Source of the DNA: Candidatus Velthaea sp.
Lineage (GTDB): Bacteria; Vulcanimicrobiota; Vulcanimicrobiia; Vulcanimicrobiales; Vulcanimicrobiaceae
Length of the DNA: 64,000 nucleotides
Assembly: GCA_050012475.1 (NCBI GenBank)
Contig: JBEKHC010000001.1
Span: forward strand, 32,001 to 96,000
Direction of reading: 5' to 3'
A program made the position numbers and the translations under genes. The notes under the pieces are model-generated. The model saw only the letters and a program-made list of their open reading frames with translations. It ran no database searches and was not told the origin of the DNA. The stretch's first letter is position 1. Each line of letters opens with the position of its first letter. Below, one piece after another: positions 58,478-64,000 of this stretch.

Positions 58478-59080
58478 ATGAATCTTAACCTTATCGCTCG
58501 TTTTGGCGTCCTCGTCGCCATCGTTGCCTTGCCGGCGTGCAGCGGCGGCGGAGTGAGCACGTCGAGCGCCGCCCCCCTTTCCGCGGTCATTCCGCAAACC
58601 CAGAGCGTCAAGCTCAAGTCCGAGAGCCTGCGCAGCGACATCGTTTCAAAGGTGTCGACAAGCAGCTTGCGCAGCGACGTCATCGCACCCGCCACGGCGA
58701 AGGTGTCGACGAGCAGCTTGCGCAGCGACGTCATCGCACCCGCCACGTCGAAGGTGTCGACGAGCAGCTTGCGCAGCGACGTCATCGCACCCGCCACGTC
58801 GAAGGTGTCGACGAGCAGCTTGCGCAGCGACATCGTTTCAAAGGTGTCGACGAGCAGCTTACGCAGCGACGTCGTCTCAAAGGTGTCGACGAGCAGCTTG
58901 CGCAGCGACGTCGTCCCCGCCAAGGCGACTGCGGCGGCCCATGCCTCCAGTCTTCGCCTCGTCGTCCCGGGCCCGGGTCCGAAAGCTGGCCCGAAGAGCC
59001 TGCGCAGTGACATCGTCAAGGCGAATACGTCCAGCGTTCGCTTAGGCGGCAGAATGGCCGTCGACCCCGATCATCGCTGA
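58478..59080 (+). CDS. Secreted lipoprotein with 8 SLRSD(I/V)(V/I) repeats (candidate multi-copy peptide precursor)
   Basis: AGGAG RBS; signal peptide with LPAC-SGGG lipobox; six KVSTSSLRSD units in 39/51-nt DNA repeats. Confidence 0.8.
   Translation: MNLNLIARFGVLVAIVALPACSGGGVSTSSAAPLSAVIPQTQSVKLKSESLRSDIVSKVSTSSLRSDVIAPATAKVSTSSLRSDVIAPATSKVSTSSLRSDVIAPATSKVSTSSLRSDIVSKVSTSSLRSDVVSKVSTSSLRSDVVPAKATAAAHASSLRLVVPGPGPKAGPKSLRSDIVKANTSSVRLGGRMAVDPDHR
58624..58915 (+). repeat. Coding tandem repeat, 30-nt core plus 9- or 21-nt linker
   Basis: aaggtgtcgacgagcagcttgcgcagcgac followed by atcgtttca/gtcgtctca or gtcatcgcacccgccacg(g/t)cg. Confidence 0.9.
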
Positions 59081-59121
59081 CGGTGTACCGAAAGACAACT
59101 CTGAAAGGATAAGGAGGAGAG

Positions 59122-62100
59122 ATGCGCGCTGTTAGTCGTTCGCCACGTTCGACGATCTGGCAGCGCGCTGCCCTCGTTCGTAACTTCGTCGAACTGCTGT
59201 CGACTCAAGCACCCGCCGGAGATGTCTGGTCGATGTGCTGTGAGCCGATCGCCAACCTCATGGAAGCCCGCGGCGTCTCGATCGTCTTTTGCGAAGAGAG
59301 CGGGGACCGCGTTGCTTGTCAGATGGTCGACGGCGTTGCGACTTTTCCCAAGGAGACCGGGTTGGCGCCCCACTCGCTTGCCGCCGACGTCATCGCCGCG
59401 AATGCTACCGTGATCCGCGAACGCCCGGACCCGACCCAAACCTCGATCGGCGTTCCAATTCGTTTCGGGACAGCGTTGCTGGGTGCGATCTGTGTGGAAA
59501 ACGCCGTTCGTCCCGATCGGGAACTCATTACCCTGCTTGAATCGTGCGCGCTTTCGGCGGGCGCGCGGATCAATACCGACGCGATGGTCGACAATACGGC
59601 GCGCTACGAGCGGCTCGCATTCACCGATGCGCTGACCGGGATTGCGAATCGCCGTCGATTCGACGAAACGCTCGCCCTCGAGTGGTCGCGGGCCGCACGC
59701 AGCGGTTCGTCGTTGACTTTGTTGATGATGGACGTCGACCATTTCAAGCTGTACAACGATGCGTACGGTCATCCGGCGGGCGACGTCTGTCTCAAACACA
59801 TCGCGAGCGCGATCAAAGAGAGTACTCAGCGCTCTGCCGACCTCGGTGCCCGCTACGGTGGCGAAGAGTTCGTTGCGCTTTTGCCCGGGGTCGATCTCGA
59901 AGGCGGAACGCGCGTCGGCGAGGCGCTGCAACTCAACGTCGCAACCCGCGACATCGCGCACAGCGGGTCGTCGTTGTCGCGCGTTTCGCTTAGCATCGGC
60001 GTTGCCTCGATGGTCCCCAGCTTCGACAGCCGCTGCGACGTGCTGCTCACGGCGGCTGATGCGGCGCTGTACGAAGCTAAGCGCAGCGGCCGCAATCGCG
60101 TTTTCGCGGTCGGGTACACGCCGCCGGTTCAGCCGCAGCCGGCGCTCGTGCGCAATGTCGCGGCGCTCAACAACCTGCCCCAACAGCATACGCGCTTGAT
60201 CGGCCGCGTAACCGAAGTCTCCGAGATCATCGAACTCCTCGAGGAGTCGCCGCTGGTCACGCTTCAGGCCTGCGGAGGTGCCGGCAAGACCCGCATCAGC
60301 GTCGCGATCGCAACCGAGATGAGTGCCGCGTTCCCGGATGGTACGTGGTTCGTGGATCTTGCCCGGGTGACCGATCCGGCCCTCATCCCCGGAACGATCG
60401 GTTCGCTTTTCCGGCTCGAGATCACACCGGGTGCAAACGCCGCTGGTTCGCTTGCACGAGCGCTCGCCGCCAAGAACACGCTGCTCGTCTTCGACAACTG
60501 CGAACACGTTCTCGAGGCGACTGCCGAAGTCGCCACGGCGTTATTGCAGACGTGCGGCGGCGTGCGGATCCTGGCGACGAGCCGGGAGCCCTTGGGTATC
60601 CGCGGCGAGACCATCTACCGGTTACCGCTCCTCGCGGTTCCGCCGTTGGACGCTCCGCTCGATGCCGAGAGAGCCACCGGCTACGAGGCCGTCGCGCTGT
60701 TCGTCGAACGAGCCAAGGCGGCGAAGCGTGATTTTCGCCTCACCGACGAGAACGCCGCCATCGTCGGCGCGATCGTTCGTCAGCTCGACGGGATTGCGTT
60801 GGCAATCGAACTCGCCGCCGCGCGCGTCAGCGTCATCAGCGTCGGCGAGATTGCCAAACGTTTGGGCGAACGCTTTCGGTTGCTCAAGGGCGGCGACCGA
60901 ACGGCATTGCCCCGGCAGCAGACGATGCGCGCGCTCATCGATTGGAGCTACGATCTGCTCTCGCTCGAGGAGCAGCTCGTCTTCCGCCGGTTGTCGGTTT
61001 TCGTCGGTGGCTGGACGCTCGAGGCGATGAGCGAGATTTGCGCCGGCGGTGAACTCGACGAAGACGACGTATTCGATTTGCTCGGCGGCCTCGTCCGCAA
61101 GTCGCTCGTCGTCGATACGATCGACGACTCGACGAGCCGCTATCGCCTATTGGAGTCGGTGCGTGAGTACGCCGGCGAGAAGCTCGATGCTGAAGCGGAG
61201 AGCGACGACCTGCACCGCCGTCACGCGCACTACTACCTCGTGCTGGCCGAAGCCGCGAAGTCGACGTACTACACGACGGCCTCGAAACAGTGGCTGCTCA
61301 AGTTTCTTCCGGAGTGGGAGAATTTCCGCGGCGCGCTGCACTGGTCGCTGGCTCTGGGCAAGGATATCAAGCTCGGGGCGACGCTGGCTGGTGCGCTCGT
61401 GATGTTCTTGTCCCACGTTTCACCCAATGAGAGCCTCCGCTGGACACGCATGGCGCTGGCGCGCTTGCCGGCCGACAGCGAACCCGCGATCGAAGCCGCC
61501 CTATGGTACGGCGTCGGGCGAGCCGCCGAAAATCTGCCTGCCGACCAAATGCGCGCCGCTGCCGAACGCGCCGTCGCGCTTGCGCGCGTCGCCGGCAATC
61601 AACAGTTGCTGGGTGAAGCGCTGCGTCGGCTCATGGTCGTCCTGGGCTGGTATTATCCCGAAGAACAGGCGTTCACCGCGGCCCTGGGGCAAGAAGCCAT
61701 CGAGTCGGCGCGCGCCTTGGGCGAGCCGATCGAAATCGCGCTGGCCCTGCGCAGTTTGAGCGTCTCAATCGATAACTCCGATGTCGCGCGCAAGCTGGCC
61801 GTTCTCGAAGAGAGCCTGACCCTGCTCTTGGCGCACGGCAACGATTTACAAACTGCCGTGGCCTTCATGTGGCTGGCTGAGTATGATTTCTGCTTCGGCG
61901 GAGCGCTCAAGGCTACGAGCTACGCCCGCGAAGCGATGCGGTCCGCCGAAGAATCGGGCTCGGGCAGCATGCTCGCTCAGATGGCCACGAACCTAGCCCA
62001 GTACGCAGCCGCCGAAGGCGACTGGGCAGCCACGCGCAAGGCGGCTGCCAACGCCGCCGAAGCCGCCGGTCAGCTCGGCATGGACGATCAGGTCACCTGG

Positions 62101-62367
62101 GCGATACAAGCACTGGCGATCGCGAGCGCCGGGGCCGGCGATTGCCAAACGGCCGCGCGGCTTCTGGGCTTTTGCGATAGCCGAACCGGTACGCTGCACA
62201 GTCAGCGCCAGGTGAACGGCGCCGAAGACATCTTGTATCGCCGGTTGCTGGCAACGCTCAAAGAAGAGCTTGACCCAGCGGTGATGGATGCTGAAATGAA
62301 GTGCGGCGTGGGTCTCACCGAAACCGAGGCGGTCCAGGCCGGACTCGCCGTCGCCCTAGCGGCCTGA
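59122..62367 (+). CDS. GAF - GGDEF diguanylate cyclase - STAND/NB-ARC-like ATPase - wHTH - TPR-like protein
   Basis: TDALTGIANRR, DVDHFK, RSAD I-site, RYGGEEF; NNLP, GGAGKT, LVFDNCEH, LDGIALAIELAAAR, IDWSYDLL, LVRKSLV; helical C-terminus; AAGGAGG RBS. Confidence 0.92.
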   Translation: MRAVSRSPRSTIWQRAALVRNFVELLSTQAPAGDVWSMCCEPIANLMEARGVSIVFCEESGDRVACQMVDGVATFPKETGLAPHSLAADVIAANATVIRERPDPTQTSIGVPIRFGTALLGAICVENAVRPDRELITLLESCALSAGARINTDAMVDNTARYERLAFTDALTGIANRRRFDETLALEWSRAARSGSSLTLLMMDVDHFKLYNDAYGHPAGDVCLKHIASAIKESTQRSADLGARYGGEEFVALLPGVDLEGGTRVGEALQLNVATRDIAHSGSSLSRVSLSIGVASMVPSFDSRCDVLLTAADAALYEAKRSGRNRVFAVGYTPPVQPQPALVRNVAALNNLPQQHTRLIGRVTEVSEIIELLEESPLVTLQACGGAGKTRISVAIATEMSAAFPDGTWFVDLARVTDPALIPGTIGSLFRLEITPGANAAGSLARALAAKNTLLVFDNCEHVLEATAEVATALLQTCGGVRILATSREPLGIRGETIYRLPLLAVPPLDAPLDAERATGYEAVALFVERAKAAKRDFRLTDENAAIVGAIVRQLDGIALAIELAAARVSVISVGEIAKRLGERFRLLKGGDRTALPRQQTMRALIDWSYDLLSLEEQLVFRRLSVFVGGWTLEAMSEICAGGELDEDDVFDLLGGLVRKSLVVDTIDDSTSRYRLLESVREYAGEKLDAEAESDDLHRRHAHYYLVLAEAAKSTYYTTASKQWLLKFLPEWENFRGALHWSLALGKDIKLGATLAGALVMFLSHVSPNESLRWTRMALARLPADSEPAIEAALWYGVGRAAENLPADQMRAAAERAVALARVAGNQQLLGEALRRLMVVLGWYYPEEQAFTAALGQEAIESARALGEPIEIALALRSLSVSIDNSDVARKLAVLEESLTLLLAHGNDLQTAVAFMWLAEYDFCFGGALKATSYAREAMRSAEESGSGSMLAQMATNLAQYAAAEGDWAATRKAAANAAEAAGQLGMDDQVTWAIQALAIASAGAGDCQTAARLLGFCDSRTGTLHSQRQVNGAEDILYRRLLATLKEELDPAVMDAEMKCGVGLTETEAVQAGLAVALAA

Positions 62368-62378
62368 AACGTTCGCCG

Positions 62379-64000
62379 TTAGACCGCGCGCACGTCGGGT
62401 GCCAGCGGCGGATCGAACGGCGCGCCGTTGCGATAGCGTGCCAACTCAATTGCGCTCAGCGCAACCGAGGCATGCGCGACCACCCGCGCGAGGTGTTCGC
62501 GTTCTTCGGGATCGAGATCCAGCCCGCTGACGTTGTGACCGTACATCACGATGCCCAGCACGGCCCGGTCGAAAAAGATCGGCGCGGCGAACGTGAGCCG
62601 CTCACCGGGAAATGCGCGGGCGATGATCCCGCTGTCCTTACTGCTGAAGCTCAATGCGCCGCGCGTACGCGTGAGCTTGCGGGTCAATTCGTCGTCGGCC
62701 GCCAACCGGGTGATGCAGTCGCTGGGCCAGTTGTGCTCGTACGATAAAGCGTAGTCGCCGGAGGGAAGCCGGGCGAGAAAGCCGCCGAAAGAAAGCTGCA
62801 GCGCGTGCGCGGCGTCGGCAAGCAGTGCCCGGTACACGTCGTCGCGCGCTTCGGCGTCGAGAATGTATCCCTCGATGAGTTCGAGCGCCCGGCGCTGATC
62901 GCGCCGGTTACGGAAAATGAAACGATCGACGACGTGCTGCAGAATCGGATTGATCTTGCCGGTCGCCGCTCCGATTCCCATCGACAGTAAAATGATGAAC
63001 CCGTACGCGACGTCGGTGTTGTTATAGAATACGTAGGTGCCGACTTCTTCGATGACGCTCACCGTCCCGAACGCGGCGGCGGTCAGAGCGACGTACACGA
63101 TCGCGCGGCTCACGACGAAGTCGACATTGAAGAAACGCTGCCGCAACACTGCAATCCCGACGCCGACGATCGGCACGATCGTCGCCGACACGAGGATACC
63201 GTTGACCCAGGGCGGTATCCAGCGCGGGAACAGTTCGTCCGAAGCCAGCCGCGCGGCCGCCGCGAAAAGGAACGTCGCAACGATCCAAACGATGCGCTGC
63301 CGCTCGATCCCGCGCGCGCGTACGAACGCGATCACGAACGTGACCGTGGTGAGCACGGTCAGGACGTCGGCGGCGGTCGTCGAGAAACGGCCGATACGAC
63401 CCGCCGGCTCACCGGCGTAGGTGAGCAGCCACGCGCCGTACGCGTCGACCGTTCCCAACGCCAGCGCGGTCGCCGCGCAAAGCAGCGCGAAGACGCGCTC
63501 GCGCCGCGCGTCGGCGTCGCCGTCGATCAAGCACAGCGCAAAGAGCAAGAGCGCCGGACGCGCAGCACCGCGAAGCGTGTCCCCGAACCATTGCGGAATC
63601 GGCCGCCAGGGGTTGGGAACGATGAGATCCAGATACGTCGTGGGCGCTTCGGCGCCTAAACAAAAGACCAAGAACGCTGCCGTCGCGATGCCGGGCTTGA
63701 CCAAAAAGAGAATCGCGCCGATCGCGATCGAAATGATGAAGATGGTGATGCGCAAGACGGCGAAGAACCGGCTCGCGGGCGACTCGGGCCGCGCGACGAG
63801 ATGCAGCACCTGAACTCGTCCGTTTCGCTCGACCGGCAAGAACCGGTCGGGGTTGTCATACGTGAAGCCGACGCCCGCGAGCCCGGGCTTGCGATCGTAG
63901 GGCTTGATCCGATCGATCCGCACGCGATCGTGGATGGCGATACGGTCGGGCCGCGACGGCTGCTGCTTGTCGTTTTTGGATCGCGGTCGCGCGGGGCTGC
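62379..64000 (-). CDS. Multi-TM membrane protein with C-terminal GAF-like domain (5' end outside the window)
   Basis: Frame open to the window edge; RGIERQRIVW, FNVDFVVSRAIVY, VDRFIFR motifs; GAF-like end GLDLDPEEREHL. Confidence 0.75.
   Translation of the reverse strand, partial: SPARPRSKNDKQQPSRPDRIAIHDRVRIDRIKPYDRKPGLAGVGFTYDNPDRFLPVERNGRVQVLHLVARPESPASRFFAVLRITIFIISIAIGAILFLVKPGIATAAFLVFCLGAEAPTTYLDLIVPNPWRPIPQWFGDTLRGAARPALLLFALCLIDGDADARRERVFALLCAATALALGTVDAYGAWLLTYAGEPAGRIGRFSTTAADVLTVLTTVTFVIAFVRARGIERQRIVWIVATFLFAAAARLASDELFPRWIPPWVNGILVSATIVPIVGVGIAVLRQRFFNVDFVVSRAIVYVALTAAAFGTVSVIEEVGTYVFYNNTDVAYGFIILLSMGIGAATGKINPILQHVVDRFIFRNRRDQRRALELIEGYILDAEARDDVYRALLADAAHALQLSFGGFLARLPSGDYALSYEHNWPSDCITRLAADDELTRKLTRTRGALSFSSKDSGIIARAFPGERLTFAAPIFFDRAVLGIVMYGHNVSGLDLDPEEREHLARVVAHASVALSAIELARYRNGAPFDPPLAPDVRAV

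Noticed and set aside
58624..58915. CRISPR array (30-nt repeat with spacers)
   Set aside because: The 'spacers' are 9 or 21 nt, repeated and in frame within an ORF with RBS and signal peptide; no cas genes.
58438..59019. Antisense repeat ORF (TSLRKLLVDTF)n
   Set aside because: Shadow of the plus-strand gene, which has the promoter, RBS and lipobox.
58478..59080. Graspetide or lanthipeptide RiPP precursor (S/T/K/D-rich cores)
   Set aside because: It has a Sec/lipoprotein signal instead of a RiPP leader, and no ATP-grasp, LanB/C/M, YcaO or RiPP radical-SAM gene is nearby.
58478..59200. NLR amyloid-signalling (BASS-type) pair
   Set aside because: The STAND protein's N-terminus shares no motif with the repeats, and the repeat protein is exported.
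1..64000. tRNA/rRNA genes, IS elements, integrases, prophage genes
   Set aside because: None recognised by eye; tRNAscan, Infernal and ISEScan could not be run.

Overview
High-GC (visually about 65-70%) bacterial chromosomal window. My inference from the gene style (a TonB-dependent receptor, C(S/G)GGG lipoproteins, tandem S53 proteases, a GGDEF-STAND-TPR protein) is an Eremiobacterota/Vulcanimicrobiota-like soil organism. Most of it is housekeeping: tmk-holB, mtnP, ychF, gdhA, cysD-cysNC, lipA-lipB-lpdA, aceE-aceF, mutY, nth, amt, kup and bioY. Accessory modules are a TBDR with two sedolisins, a FitA/VapC toxin-antitoxin pair, a sugar ABC/oxidoreductase/TIM-barrel cluster and two papain-like lipoproteins with Pro-rich tails. 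I recognised no tRNA, rRNA, CRISPR array or transposase. The best candidate for an undescribed system is at 58.4-62.4 kb. There, a sigma28-type promoter precedes a secreted lipoprotein made mostly of 8 copies of SLRSD(I/V)(V/I), followed by a GAF-GGDEF-STAND ATPase-TPR protein. This may be a multi-copy peptide-signal/c-di-GMP receptor pair, and the same promoter motif sits before both C1 proteases. Other notable items: an unannotated 16-aa Lys-rich micro-gene with its own RBS and terminator, a dispersed ~30-bp repeat family built on GCGNAGC mini-hairpins, a sulfite-oxidase-like protein missing its Mo-ligand Cys segment, and a decayed GNAT gene.
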